From an uncultured Pelagibacteraceae bacterium (lineage in GTDB: Bacteria; Pseudomonadota; Alphaproteobacteria; Pelagibacterales; Pelagibacteraceae), in contig CACDEU010000001.1 of assembly GCA_902551895.1 (NCBI GenBank), positions 4,697 to 68,696 of the forward strand: a stretch of DNA of 64,000 nt, in the 5' to 3' direction. The position numbers and the translations under genes are program-made. Under the pieces are notes generated by a model. It did not search any database, had not been told where the DNA came from, and was given only the letters and a program-made list of their open reading frames with translations. Positions 39,756 to 50,850 of this stretch are shown in pieces. Numbering within the stretch: position 1 is the first letter of the stretch; each line of letters opens with the position of its first letter.

Positions 39756-40703
39756 TTAATCAAGTAATGGTACCTCTTTTTTTACTATTTTGATTGTGGA
39801 GTTTTTAATAGTAACTAATGTTTCTGTAATAAATTTTCCATTTTCTAATTTAACTCCACCTACTAGCTCATTTGAAGTAATGCCAGTAGCACAAAAAATA
39901 GAATCTCCTTTAACTATTTCGTTTAAATTATATTTTTTGTTTAAATCTTTTATGCCCATTTTTTTTGCTCTACTAATATCTTTATCTGTTTTAAATAAAA
40001 ATCTACCTTGAAATTTACAATTAAAAGCATCTAATGCAGATGCTGCAAGAACTCCTTCGGGACCGCCTCCAACACCTAGGAAAATATCAACAGCATATTT
40101 CTCATCGGTAACTAACAGTGCTCCAGCCACATCGCCGTCTGTTAATAATCTTAAATTTACTTTTAATTCTTTTAATTTATCTATTATTTCTTTATGCCTT
40201 GGTCTATCCAGTATACATGCAGTAATTTTATCTAAATCTTTATTTTTAGAATCTGCAATATTTTTTATATTTTTTTCAACTGAAAAATCTAAATCTGTAG
40301 CATCATTAGGAACATCTTTTCCAACAGCTAGTTTATTCATATAAGTTTCCGGAGCGTTAAATAAATTTCCTATCATGCTTATTGAAAGTACTGAAAGAGC
40401 TCCTGGTAAATTATTTGCTGCAAAATTTGTACCCTCAAGTGGGTCAACAGCGATATCAATAGATGGACCTTTACCGGTTCCTAATTTTTCACCAATATAT
40501 AACATTGGAGCCTCGTCTAGTTCACCCTCGCCTATTACTACTTTTCCATTTATATCTAATTGATTAAGATTTTTTCTCATTTCATCTGTAGCCGCCTTGT
40601 CTACTAATACTTTATCTTTTTTTCCTAAGTGTGGGTAAGATGCTATCGCAGCGTTGGATGTAATATTAATTATTTTATCTAAAAAATCTTTTTCAAATAT
40701 CAT
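39756..40703 (-). CDS. glpX: Fructose-1,6-bisphosphatase class II
   Basis: VIGEGELDEAPMLYIGE, DIAVDPLEGT, LDRPRH, DGDV, GGGPEGV. Confidence 0.96.
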   Translation of the reverse strand: MIFEKDFLDKIINITSNAAIASYPHLGKKDKVLVDKAATDEMRKNLNQLDINGKVVIGEGELDEAPMLYIGEKLGTGKGPSIDIAVDPLEGTNFAANNLPGALSVLSISMIGNLFNAPETYMNKLAVGKDVPNDATDLDFSVEKNIKNIADSKNKDLDKITACILDRPRHKEIIDKLKELKVNLRLLTDGDVAGALLVTDEKYAVDIFLGVGGGPEGVLAASALDAFNCKFQGRFLFKTDKDISRAKKMGIKDLNKKYNLNEIVKGDSIFCATGITSNELVGGVKLENGKFITETLVTIKNSTIKIVKKEVPLLD

Positions 40704-40706
40704 AAA

Positions 40707-41705
40707 CTATTTTGATTCAATAGTTACATCTTCTTCTGATGATTTTAGTTTATCTTCAAACTCTCTTAAACGTTTATATACACTTGCAAGTTCTATAATA
40801 GTTGGCCAGGCTTTTAATAAATATTGCATAGATCCTTCGACTCTTCCAAATGCTCTTATAATTTGCTGCATAACTCCTAGTGTAACTACTCCCGCTACAA
40901 TTGCTGGAGCTAAAAAAACATATGCAGATAAAACATTTGCTTGTAAGTATGCAATTCGACCAATATTAAAATATAGATATCTTAAATAACTTAAAAAATG
41001 AATTTTACGCACATCATCAAATAATTCATCAATTCTTTTTGGTCTTATAGTTTCATTGTCTTCTGCAATTACAAGTATTTTTCTATAAGCAGCCTCTTGT
41101 TTTTGTAAATCATACTCAACACCAACCAGCCTTAATATTAAACCAAGTACAATTAAAAAAACAGTTCCGCCAATAGTCCAAATCAAGGCACCTACTATTA
41201 AACCGTATTCCCAGTCACCAAAAAAGAAAATAGGAATGCCAATACTTAAGCCAAATAATATAGGAACAAATTGGATCAAAATCATTATAGATTCTATTAA
41301 ACTTGTACCTAATCCTTCCATGATTCTTGTGAATTTAATTGTATCTTCCTGAACCCTTTGTGATGCACCTTCTATTTTTCGAGCCTTGTCATAAACAGAA
41401 TGATACCACTCAACCATTGCAGTTCTCCATCTAAATAAAAAATGTGCTGTAAAGAAACTAATTGCTACATAAACAGCAATATACATGCCTGCCAATGTAA
41501 TGAATGAAAACAAACTTCCAAAGTATTCTTCAATTGAAACAGCGTTTGGCTCTGCAAGTGCTTTCTGAATCATGTCATAAAATACACCAAACCACTCATT
41601 TATTTTCACATCTATTTCAACCTGAACCCATAAAGATGAAAGTATAATAAAAGAACCTAACCATGCCCAAACAAACCATTTACGTGAATTAAAAAATTTA
41701 AACAT
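40707..41705 (-). CDS. SbmA/BacA-family peptide transporter
   Basis: INEWFGVFYDMIQ, FRWRTAM, IEGASQRVQEDT, ELASVYKRL. Confidence 0.92.
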   Translation of the reverse strand: MFKFFNSRKWFVWAWLGSFIILSSLWVQVEIDVKINEWFGVFYDMIQKALAEPNAVSIEEYFGSLFSFITLAGMYIAVYVAISFFTAHFLFRWRTAMVEWYHSVYDKARKIEGASQRVQEDTIKFTRIMEGLGTSLIESIMILIQFVPILFGLSIGIPIFFFGDWEYGLIVGALIWTIGGTVFLIVLGLILRLVGVEYDLQKQEAAYRKILVIAEDNETIRPKRIDELFDDVRKIHFLSYLRYLYFNIGRIAYLQANVLSAYVFLAPAIVAGVVTLGVMQQIIRAFGRVEGSMQYLLKAWPTIIELASVYKRLREFEDKLKSSEEDVTIESK

Positions 41706-41986
41706 TATTTAATAAAGTTATCAGAATAAGATTTTTTGTTGATTTTTCTTTTATTAGGCTCAATTAATTCATAATCAATTTTATTTTTTTTTGCATAATC
41801 TATAGCGATTTCTTTTGTCATAAATTCAAGTTTTAGTTCGGAATATGTATCAGAAGAACTTTCCCAGCCCATTAAAGGATTAATACCCGGTTTTTCTGCT
41901 ACAAACTCAATTACCCATTTATCAAATTTTTTTATACCAGATTGCATGGCTGTTTTGGAAGGTTTATATATTTTAGCTTTTTTCAT
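41705..41986 (-). CDS. ETC complex I accessory subunit (NDUFS4-like)
   Basis: [30 protein letters not shown]. Confidence 0.92.
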   Translation of the reverse strand: MKKAKIYKPSKTAMQSGIKKFDKWVIEFVAEKPGINPLMGWESSSDTYSELKLEFMTKEIAIDYAKKNKIDYELIEPNKRKINKKSYSDNFIK

Positions 41987-41989
41987 AAA

Positions 41990-42066
<77 letters not shown>

Positions 42067-42160
42067 AATGGGTAACTAATACAGTAGTTAATGCTAATTT
42101 CAAAGGATAAATATAACCAAAAATGAAGAAATTTAATAAAAATCTGTTATATAAGAAATC

Positions 42161-42607
42161 ATGATAATTACGTGCCCATGTGGTGAAAAAAAATTTGAAA
42201 TTGATCAAAAATTAATACCTTCAGAAGGTAGAATGCTTCAATGCGGTAGCTGTGATCATAAATGGTTTTTTAAAATTAATACAGATGAAAAGATAGTTGA
42301 AGAAAAAATTAATATAGACACAGATAATAATTCAGAAAATTATATTGATCAATCAGCAAAGTCTTTAGAAAAAAGCTTAAAGGATAAAGAAGAGAAAATT
42401 ATTCCTGAAAAGAAAAATGATAAAGAAAGTATTAATTACTTAAATATTATTATAGTTGTAATTATATCAATAGCTGCTTGTATACTTATTCTAGATACAT
42501 TTGAAAAACATCTAGTATCAATATTCCCAAATATTAGTTTTATATTAGATAATTTATACCAATCAATTGAAGATGTTAAACTTTTCATTTTAGATTTAGT
42601 TAATTAA
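42161..42607 (+). CDS. Zinc-ribbon (MJ0042-like) domain membrane protein
   Basis: MIITCPCG..F.I...GRMLQCGSCDHKW; one TM segment near the C-terminus. Confidence 0.8.
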   Translation: MIITCPCGEKKFEIDQKLIPSEGRMLQCGSCDHKWFFKINTDEKIVEEKINIDTDNNSENYIDQSAKSLEKSLKDKEEKIIPEKKNDKESINYLNIIIVVIISIAACILILDTFEKHLVSIFPNISFILDNLYQSIEDVKLFILDLVN

Positions 42608-42610
42608 GCA

Positions 42611-43783
42611 ATGTTAAAATATTTATCATCACCTTTTAAATGGTTTTTTAAATTAGAAGCTGCTAGTGGATTGGTTTTGTTGATAAGCGCGATAATTGCA
42701 CTTATAATAAGCAACTCTTCAATATCTTCATTATATTTTGAAACATTAGATAAATATGTTTTCGTAGGATTAAATAACATCGGTCTTAAACTAAGTGTCT
42801 TACACTGGATAAATGATGTTTTGATGGCAATATTTTTTTTCTTTGTAACTCTTGAAATTAAAAGAGAATTTATACAGGGTGAACTTTCAAATATTAAGCA
42901 AGCATTACTTCCAATAATTGGAGCTGTTGGAGGCATGGTAATACCTGCATTAACTTATGTTTATATAAATTTTGGAAATTTTGAAACTTTAAATGGATGG
43001 GCTATTCCTTCTGCAACTGATATTGCATTTTCATTGGGTGTATTATCTTTATTAGGATCTAGAGTTCCTATTTCTTTAAAAGTTTTTTTGACAGCTTTAG
43101 CAATAATAGATGATCTTGGTGCGATTGTAATTATTGCCTTTTTCTATTCAGGCGATTTAAGCGTATTCAACTTAATTATGATGCTTATATCTTTTATAGT
43201 TCTCGTAATTCTAAATAAATTTGAGATTAAAAAATTTCTACCTTATTTAATTATTGGTATATTACTTTGGCACTTTACTCATGAGTCAGGTATTCATGCA
43301 ACTATTGCAGGTGTTCTGTTGGCTTGTACTATTCCACATAGAAAAAAAGAAAAAGATTTTTCATTACTAATAAAATTGGAGCACGCGATAAGTCCATATG
43401 TAGCCTTTGGAATAATGCCATTATTCGCTTTTGCTAACGCCGGTGTTTCTCTAGAAGGAATTTCATTTTCATCGTTATTACTACCAGTTCCTCTTGGAAT
43501 AATGTTGGGACTTTTTTTGGGTAAACAATTAGGCGTGTTTGTTTTTTCTTATGCATCTATAAAATTAGGATTTGCACAAATGCCAAATAATTCTAATTGG
43601 ACTCAACTATATGGAGTTGGGATTCTTACAGGTATAGGATTTACAATGAGTTTATTTGTTGGAAACTTGGCATTTGTAGAAAGCCCTCAATATATGGATG
43701 GTGTTAAAATCGGAGTTTTATCTGGGTCACTTTTATCCACCCTGGCTGGATATTTTCTGATATTAAGCACTTCCAAAAAATGA
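42611..43783 (+). CDS. nhaA: Na+/H+ antiporter NhaA
   Basis: WINDVLMAIFF, GWAIPSATDIAF, LAIIDDLGA, GIGFTMSLF. Confidence 0.97.
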   Translation: MLKYLSSPFKWFFKLEAASGLVLLISAIIALIISNSSISSLYFETLDKYVFVGLNNIGLKLSVLHWINDVLMAIFFFFVTLEIKREFIQGELSNIKQALLPIIGAVGGMVIPALTYVYINFGNFETLNGWAIPSATDIAFSLGVLSLLGSRVPISLKVFLTALAIIDDLGAIVIIAFFYSGDLSVFNLIMMLISFIVLVILNKFEIKKFLPYLIIGILLWHFTHESGIHATIAGVLLACTIPHRKKEKDFSLLIKLEHAISPYVAFGIMPLFAFANAGVSLEGISFSSLLLPVPLGIMLGLFLGKQLGVFVFSYASIKLGFAQMPNNSNWTQLYGVGILTGIGFTMSLFVGNLAFVESPQYMDGVKIGVLSGSLLSTLAGYFLILSTSKK

Positions 43784-44343
43784 AAAAAAAAAATAATTAT
43801 TTTTTAATAACCTTATTTTTAATTACTAATTTTTTAATTTTTAATACAATTGTAAAAGCTATGGATAACAAAACAATTTATGATTTAGAGTTAGAGTTAT
43901 TAACGGGAGAAAAAATTAAACTTAATAAATATGAAGGTAAAGCTATTTTATTAGTTAATGTTGCTAGCAATTGTGGATTTACCAAACAATATAGTGATTT
44001 ACAGAATTTATGGGAAAAATATAGAGATAAAAATTTAGTTGTTTTGGGTGTTCCATCAAATCAATTTGGTGGTCAAGAGCCTGGATCAAATGCTGATATC
44101 AAAAATTTTTGTGAAACAAATTTTAATATTAATTTTCCTATAACTTTAAAATATGATGTAAAAGGGGAAAATGCACATGATATATACAAATGGGCAAAAA
44201 ATGATTATGGGAAAAGTGCTGTACCAAAATGGAATTTTCATAAAATCTTAATTGATAAGAATGGCAAAGTCCATGACACATTTGCATCTTTTACCAATCC
44301 CTTATCACAAAAAATTATTAAAGAATTGGATAAAATCTTATAA
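43780..44343 (+). CDS. Glutathione peroxidase family protein (Cys type, exported)
   Basis: NVASNCGFT, PSNQFGGQEPG, PKWNFHK. Confidence 0.94.
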   Translation: MKKKNNYFLITLFLITNFLIFNTIVKAMDNKTIYDLELELLTGEKIKLNKYEGKAILLVNVASNCGFTKQYSDLQNLWEKYRDKNLVVLGVPSNQFGGQEPGSNADIKNFCETNFNINFPITLKYDVKGENAHDIYKWAKNDYGKSAVPKWNFHKILIDKNGKVHDTFASFTNPLSQKIIKELDKIL

Positions 44344-45111
44344 ATTAAAAGACATCCCGTCATAAGCTGGCACTACATTATTAGGAAGCAACTTTTTCAA
44401 TTTATTATAATCTAAATCTGAATGTAAATTTGTAAGAATTGATTTATTAGGTTTCAATACCTTTATTAAATCTAAGGTTTCAGATAAATTAAAATGTGAG
44501 GGATGTTTATTATATCTCAAACAATCAACTACAAGATATTTTAAATTTTTAAAATACTTAAAGTCTTTTTCATAAACTAAACTTACATCACTTAAATAAG
44601 CACACTTGTTATTTATTACAAAAGCACTACATTCAATTTTACCATGTTTAACTTTTATACTTCTTATATTTAATTTAATATTGCTATCTTTAAAAATGTT
44701 ATTTTTTTTTAATGGATATATTTTTAGTATAGATGGATATGATGGTGTATTTTTAAAACAATATTTAAAATTTTTTAATAAATATTTTTTAGTTTCAAAA
44801 TCACTATAAACAGGAATTCTTTTTTTATTTTTAATATAAAATACTCTTAGGTCATTTATACCATGTGTTTGATCAGCATGATAGTGAGTATATAAAACAC
44901 GATCAATTTTTGTTATTTTATTGTTTAAAAGTTGAAATCTTAAATCAGGTGAAGTATCTATAAGTGTATTGCTTTTTGGTGATGTAATGATTGCACTACA
45001 TCTTGTACGATAATTTTTTTTTTCTTTTGGGTTACAATTGCCAAAAGATCCATCTGATCTAGGAACACCAAGTGAGCTACCACAACCTAATATAGTAAAT
45101 TTTAATGTCAT
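44338..45111 (-). CDS. MBL-fold metallohydrolase (PhnP-like)
   Basis: LGCGSSLGVP, IDTSPD, THYHADQTHG. Confidence 0.9.
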   Translation of the reverse strand: MTLKFTILGCGSSLGVPRSDGSFGNCNPKEKKNYRTRCSAIITSPKSNTLIDTSPDLRFQLLNNKITKIDRVLYTHYHADQTHGINDLRVFYIKNKKRIPVYSDFETKKYLLKNFKYCFKNTPSYPSILKIYPLKKNNIFKDSNIKLNIRSIKVKHGKIECSAFVINNKCAYLSDVSLVYEKDFKYFKNLKYLVVDCLRYNKHPSHFNLSETLDLIKVLKPNKSILTNLHSDLDYNKLKKLLPNNVVPAYDGMSFNL

Positions 45112-45113
45112 TT

Positions 45114-45878
45114 CTAATTAAAATTAAATAAATTGTTAAAATTATTATTAGTAATTTTTTCTGTGGCGGTTAATTCTAATTCTTTTATCTGCGAAAGTTT
45201 CTCTAAAGTATATTTAATAAAACTAGGTTCATTTTTCTTTCCTCTAAATGGCACTGGAGATAAATATGGACTATCAGTTTCAATCAATATTTTATTTGTC
45301 GGTATATTTTTAAATGTGTTTTGAAGCTCTGTGCTATTTTTAAAAGTAATTATTCCACTAGCAGAAAAAAAGCTATTTATAGATAACAACTTATTAGCAA
45401 ATTCCATAGAACCAGTAAAGCAATGCATTAAAATTTTTGGATTTAAACTTTTATACTTTTCAAGTATCTCAAAGGTTTCTTTTTCAGCATTTCTAGAATG
45501 AACAATAATTGGAACATTAAGCTCGATTGAAGCCTCTATATGTTTATTAAAACTTAATATTTGTTCATCTTTATCACTGTTATTATAATAAAAGTCCAAT
45601 CCACTTTCCCCAATAGCAATAATTTTTTTATTTGACTTAACGTTATTTATAATTTCATTTACTGTAACTTTATCATTATCAACTTCATGAGGATGTATTC
45701 CAAAGGTACCATGGATAATAGAGTCAAATTCAACAATTTTAATAATTTTTTTAAAACTATCTCTTGTAGTGCAAATAGATAGAATTTTCTCTAGACCAAT
45801 TTTTTTAGACCTATCAATAACATTTTTAAGGTCGCTATACATTGGTTCATGATCTAGATGGCAATGAGAATCAATCAT
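45114..45878 (-). CDS. TatD family nuclease
   Basis: MIDSHCHL, GIHPH, IGESGLD, HCFTG, ETDSPYL. Confidence 0.95.
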   Translation of the reverse strand: MIDSHCHLDHEPMYSDLKNVIDRSKKIGLEKILSICTTRDSFKKIIKIVEFDSIIHGTFGIHPHEVDNDKVTVNEIINNVKSNKKIIAIGESGLDFYYNNSDKDEQILSFNKHIEASIELNVPIIVHSRNAEKETFEILEKYKSLNPKILMHCFTGSMEFANKLLSINSFFSASGIITFKNSTELQNTFKNIPTNKILIETDSPYLSPVPFRGKKNEPSFIKYTLEKLSQIKELELTATEKITNNNFNNLFNFN

Positions 45879-47409
45879 TTTTTTCAATTTTTTTAAATAG
45901 AATGTCGATTTTATTAATTGAAGAATTAACTTTTAGACTTTCGTGATTTTTTATTGATTCAAAATTAATATCTTTTTGATTTAAATTAAAAACTTTTAAT
46001 ACTTTTAATGATGTATCTGGCATTATTGGGTTTAATAAAATTGAAATTTTTCTAATCATTTCTAAAGAAACATATATTATAGTATTTAATCTTTTAATAT
46101 CAGATTTTTTTTTCCAAGGTTCTTGATCGTTAAAATATTTATTAGTGTCAAACATGCAATCAACTATAAAACTTGTATAAGAACTTAATTCTTGGTTATC
46201 AATAAATGATCTCATTGTATTTATATTGTTACTTACTTTATTTAAAAGATCTAGGTCACTATTTTCAAAATTATTTTTTTCTGGCACTAAAAGATTGCAG
46301 TTTTTTTCATTAAATGAAATAACTCGTTGGCATAAATTTCCATAATTATTGGCCAAATCACTATTTATGCAACTTTCTAACTTATCTTGAGTAATGCTAC
46401 CATCGCTTCCAAAAGAAACCTCCTTAAGCAAATAATATCTTAGTGGATCAAGTCCATATTTATCAATAATTTCTATAGGATCTAATATATTTCCTTTTGA
46501 TTTTGACATTTTTTCATCGCCTGAAAGTATCCAGCCATGACCATAAACTCTTTTTGGTGGAGGTATATCTGCAGCTAATAAAAATGCGGGCCAGTAAATT
46601 GCATGAAATCGAAGTATGTCTTTACCTATCATATGAAGATTTGCAGGCCAAAAATCTTTGTACTTGATATTTTTTATATCAGGGTAATTTAATGCGCTTA
46701 TGTAATTTGTTAAAGCATCAAGCCATACATAAATTACATGGTCATTATTATTAGGAACTTTAATACCCCAAGAAAAAGATTTTCTACTTATAGAAAGATC
46801 TTTAAGACCGCTTTTAACAAAACTCACTACTTCATTACGTCTTGATACTGGCAAAATAAATTTAGGATTTTCTTCATAAAATTTTAATAATTTATTTTCC
46901 CACTCAGATAATTTAAAAAAATAAGATTCTTCTTCAACCCATTCAACTTTAGATCCGGACACTAGAGAAATATTAAAACCATCCTCTTCTTTGATTTCAT
47001 TATCACCATAGAATGCTTCATCAGAAACTGAATACCATCCAGAATACTTTGATAAATAAATTTGATTTTTTTTTTCTAAGATCTTCCATAAATGTTGGAC
47101 AGATTTAATATGTCTATCTTCTGTAGTTCTTATAAAATCTGTATTGGATAAATTTAGAATACTTGATAAATTTCGAAAAATTTCACTAATTTCATCACAA
47201 AACTTTTTAGGATCTATACCATTTTTCTCAGCTGCTCTTTGTATTTTAAGACCATGCTCATCTGTACCTGTTAAAAATTCTACATTGTAACCGTCTAGTC
47301 TTTTAAATCTCGCTATAAAATCAGATACTATGCTTGAGTAGGCATGACCCATATGAGGTTTGGCTGATGGATAATATATAGGAGTAGTAATAAAATAATT
47401 TTTATCCAT
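45871..47409 (-). CDS. metG: Methionine--tRNA ligase
   Basis: PHMGHAY (HIGH-like), YVWLDAL, GKDILRFH, KMSKS. Confidence 0.97.
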   Translation of the reverse strand: MDKNYFITTPIYYPSAKPHMGHAYSSIVSDFIARFKRLDGYNVEFLTGTDEHGLKIQRAAEKNGIDPKKFCDEISEIFRNLSSILNLSNTDFIRTTEDRHIKSVQHLWKILEKKNQIYLSKYSGWYSVSDEAFYGDNEIKEEDGFNISLVSGSKVEWVEEESYFFKLSEWENKLLKFYEENPKFILPVSRRNEVVSFVKSGLKDLSISRKSFSWGIKVPNNNDHVIYVWLDALTNYISALNYPDIKNIKYKDFWPANLHMIGKDILRFHAIYWPAFLLAADIPPPKRVYGHGWILSGDEKMSKSKGNILDPIEIIDKYGLDPLRYYLLKEVSFGSDGSITQDKLESCINSDLANNYGNLCQRVISFNEKNCNLLVPEKNNFENSDLDLLNKVSNNINTMRSFIDNQELSSYTSFIVDCMFDTNKYFNDQEPWKKKSDIKRLNTIIYVSLEMIRKISILLNPIMPDTSLKVLKVFNLNQKDINFESIKNHESLKVNSSINKIDILFKKIEKND

Positions 47410-48337
47410 TTAACAATTTTCCATCAATCTCAATTAAAATAGTTTCAATATCTAAATTATATTTATTACATTGATCTATTTTAAACAAAAAATACTTATA
47501 CAATTTATAAATTTTATTTTTTGATCTTAGATTATTAAATTTTTTACTAAAAAATAATTCAACAAAAAAAGATAGATTATCTTTTATAAATAAATCTTTT
47601 TTATAGAGGCGACTTTCAATTACCAATTTTAAAAATTCATCAATTGATATTTTTTCATCAATATTGTTATTTTGGAATAGTTTACAAAGAGAAATAACTT
47701 CACCTGGTGAGAGATATATACTTTTAAAATCATCATTTAAATTATTATAAAAATTTGAATCTGATAAATTATTAATTACATCAATTTTATCTTCATTTTT
47801 TAAAAAAAAATTAAACTTAATGCATCTTGAATTTAACGTATCAAGAATTTTTATTTTATTGTTGTGAATTAAAAAAAAAAATATTTTACTATTCGGTTCT
47901 TCAATTACTTTTAATAGTGCATTAATTGAATTTTTATTTAAATATTCAATATTATCAATCAGTATTATTTTACATTCATTATTAAACGAAGATTTATTTG
48001 TAAAATTAATCATTTCTCTTATTTTATTAATTTGAATATTTTTTTTATCATCATCATTTGAAATTAAATAAAAATTTGGATGTGAATTATTTATGATTAA
48101 ATTATATGATCGATTTTTATCTGAAATTAAATTTTGGTTGAAATTATATTTATTATCTTCATTTTGAGAAAATATATAATTTATTAAATGATAAACTAAG
48201 GTTGATTTTCCAATACCTCTTTCACCTGAAAAAATAATTTTGTTTGGTAAATTATTATTATCATAATAGTTTTTAAAATTTAAGAAAATTTTATTATATC
48301 CTATTAATTTAGTATTATTAGATGGTTCTATATTCAT
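47402..48337 (-). CDS. holB: DNA polymerase III delta' subunit
   Basis: GERGIGKS, HPNF, NALLKVIEEP, SRC; tmk-holB-metG synteny. Confidence 0.9.
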   Translation of the reverse strand: MNIEPSNNTKLIGYNKIFLNFKNYYDNNNLPNKIIFSGERGIGKSTLVYHLINYIFSQNEDNKYNFNQNLISDKNRSYNLIINNSHPNFYLISNDDDKKNIQINKIREMINFTNKSSFNNECKIILIDNIEYLNKNSINALLKVIEEPNSKIFFFLIHNNKIKILDTLNSRCIKFNFFLKNEDKIDVINNLSDSNFYNNLNDDFKSIYLSPGEVISLCKLFQNNNIDEKISIDEFLKLVIESRLYKKDLFIKDNLSFFVELFFSKKFNNLRSKNKIYKLYKYFLFKIDQCNKYNLDIETILIEIDGKLLNG

Positions 48338-48954
48338 TTATTTATAAGAGAATTAATTTTTTTTATTATTATATTTTTGTTTTCTAAGATTCTATTATTT
48401 GAATTTATGATCATGTAATTTTTTTTATTTTTTGATAATTTAATATATCCTTTTTGTACTTTATTATAAAAATTAATATTAAAAGCATCATATCTATTTT
48501 TGTTTATTCTTTTTTTAAGTCTAGATTTAAGATTTTTCATATTAACAACATTTAAAAATGTAAAGTTTGGTTTAATATTATTCAAAACAGCTTTATTTAA
48601 TGAAATAATAAGTTTTTTATTAATACCCATTCCATAATGCTGATAAGCTATTGTGGAATCTACAAATCTATCAATTAATATAACTTTTTTTTTATAATTT
48701 TTTTTTATTATAGATGTATAGTTTTCATTTCTAGCGGAAATATAAAGAAAAAGGTCAGTTAATTTATTAAAATTTGATTTTTTATTTAAAATTAAATTTC
48801 TAATTTTTTCTGAATTTTTTGATCCACCTGGCTCTCTTAATTTAACAAACTTGATATTTATTCTTTTAAAATATTTTTCAACATTTTTAATATGAAAACT
48901 TTTACCAGATCCTTCAACACCTTCGAAAACTATAATAGGATATTTATACATCAC
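48334..48954 (-). CDS. tmk: Thymidylate kinase
   Basis: FEGVEGSGKS, REPGG, DRFVDSTIAYQ. Confidence 0.96.
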   Translation of the reverse strand: MMYKYPIIVFEGVEGSGKSFHIKNVEKYFKRINIKFVKLREPGGSKNSEKIRNLILNKKSNFNKLTDLFLYISARNENYTSIIKKNYKKKVILIDRFVDSTIAYQHYGMGINKKLIISLNKAVLNNIKPNFTFLNVVNMKNLKSRLKKRINKNRYDAFNINFYNKVQKGYIKLSKNKKNYMIINSNNRILENKNIIIKKINSLINK

Positions 48955-50101
48955 CCCAAATTAAATAGTTAATTGATTTTAATATTCTAGATATAATATT
49001 TAGTTTTTTGATACTTTTTGAAGCTAACAGGTCGTGTTCGGATAGAATATTATCTTCATAACTAATTACAAGCTTTGCAAGCACATCATCTTTTCTAATA
49101 GGGGCTTCAACAGGACCATTATAGAGAATTTTAGTTTTTAATTTATTTAGTCTTGCTTTTTTAATAGTTTTATAAATATCTGTTTCACTATAAACTGTAA
49201 CTTTATCACTTTGACCGAGCCAAACATCAAGTTCAGTAAAATCGGCACCCTTCTTTGCAATCTCTATTGTATCAAAATTTGTTAAACCCCATGTTAAAAG
49301 TTTTTGTGATTCTTTGGATCTTGAATTTCTTGTTTTAAAACCACTAGCAACTGCAATTAATCTTCTATTTTTTTTCTTAATAGACGATGCTAAAGAATAC
49401 TTTTCATACGAAAGAAAACCTGTTTTAATTCCATCTGCACCAATGTTCTTGTATAAAAGTGGATTTCGATTACCTTGGGTTATTGGATCTCCACCTGTTC
49501 TATCCCATGTAAATTCTAATTCGGCGAAATACTCATAAAAGTCTGGATAATTTCTTATCAAATAATCTGACATAATTAATATATCTTTTACTGTCGAAAG
49601 ATTGTCAGGATGATTAATACCTGATGAATTTGCAAAATTTGTATTTGTCATTCCAATTTCGTTTGCTTTAGATGTCATCATGATAGCAAATTCTTCTTCT
49701 GTTCCAGCTATACCTTCGGCTAAAGCTATACAAGCATCATTACCAGAAGATACGATGATTCCTTTTAAAAGATTTTCCACTGAAATTTCATCACCAACCA
49801 TTATAAACATTGAAGAGTAACCGGCTTGTGAAAGTCTCCATGCGTTTTCTGAAACAAAAAATTTATCATCTAGACTTAATTGACCTTGTTTTATTAAGTC
49901 GAAAGCAATTATTGTAGTCATGATTTTTGTCATAGAGGCAGGAAAAATTTTCAAATCTGGGTTTTTTTCAAAAAGAATTTTTCCTGATAAATAGTCTTGT
50001 AATATGACAGTTTTAGCTTTTATATCAAATTCAGTTGAATATATTTTTGTATTAAAAATAGTAAAAAAAACTAAAATTGAAACAGTTAATATTTTTTTCA
50101 T
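48944..50101 (-). CDS. D-alanyl-D-alanine carboxypeptidase (PBP5/6)
   Basis: ASMTK (SxxK), SGN, KTG. Confidence 0.94.
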   Translation of the reverse strand: MKKILTVSILVFFTIFNTKIYSTEFDIKAKTVILQDYLSGKILFEKNPDLKIFPASMTKIMTTIIAFDLIKQGQLSLDDKFFVSENAWRLSQAGYSSMFIMVGDEISVENLLKGIIVSSGNDACIALAEGIAGTEEEFAIMMTSKANEIGMTNTNFANSSGINHPDNLSTVKDILIMSDYLIRNYPDFYEYFAELEFTWDRTGGDPITQGNRNPLLYKNIGADGIKTGFLSYEKYSLASSIKKKNRRLIAVASGFKTRNSRSKESQKLLTWGLTNFDTIEIAKKGADFTELDVWLGQSDKVTVYSETDIYKTIKKARLNKLKTKILYNGPVEAPIRKDDVLAKLVISYEDNILSEHDLLASKSIKKLNIISRILKSINYLIWGDV

Positions 50102-50850
50102 AATTTTATTATTTCGATATTTTCAAAATTTAAAGGACTTATATCATCAAATGCATTTTTTAAAGATTTTAAATTATCAAAAGGACCTAAATAAACCCTA
50201 AAGTTTGTATTAGAAATTTTAGAAATTTTCGAAGTGTTAAGATTTAGTTCATCTTTTATTCTATTTTGCATTGATATAGCAGTTTTTTTATAATAAAAAT
50301 CAGCAATTTTAATTATATAATTAAATTTGTCTTTTTTTTGAGTTTTAGTATTTTTTTTCTTCTCCAGACTTAAATCATTTATACTAATTCCTTCGACAGG
50401 AACCTTTTCAGCAACCTGTTTTTCTTCATCATACATTTTAGCTTTTTTAGCCAGAAAAGTTGAATTTTCTGAAACTGTTGTTATTTCAACATAAGGTTCG
50501 GCTTCGTCTAATTGAAGTTCTTCATAGATCCTTTTGGAAATAACAGCATTATAAAATATTGGGTATTTTGAATTTACACCAACTTTTGCTAAAATTGATC
50601 TATTGTTTAAAAGATTTGTAATTTTAACATTTGTATTTTTTTTAAGTCTATTTTGAAAAATAATTAATGATCTTTCTTCTATATTTTTACTAATTAATTT
50701 TTTTTTTTTTAAATCTTCATTAAAGAGAAGAGCAAAACCTTTGTTTGAAAATGTATCAGATGGAATAATATCTTTTTGTGATTCATTTGTATCAATAGTA
50801 GTACACGAATATAAAAATATGAAAATTAAAAGAAAATACTTATAGTTCAT
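50098..50850 (-). CDS. RlpA-like lipoprotein with C-terminal SPOR domain
   Basis: Lipobox LYSC, VKITNLLN, FRVYLGPF; mltB-rlpA-dac synteny. Confidence 0.7.
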   Translation of the reverse strand: MNYKYFLLIFIFLYSCTTIDTNESQKDIIPSDTFSNKGFALLFNEDLKKKKLISKNIEERSLIIFQNRLKKNTNVKITNLLNNRSILAKVGVNSKYPIFYNAVISKRIYEELQLDEAEPYVEITTVSENSTFLAKKAKMYDEEKQVAEKVPVEGISINDLSLEKKKNTKTQKKDKFNYIIKIADFYYKKTAISMQNRIKDELNLNTSKISKISNTNFRVYLGPFDNLKSLKNAFDDISPLNFENIEIIKL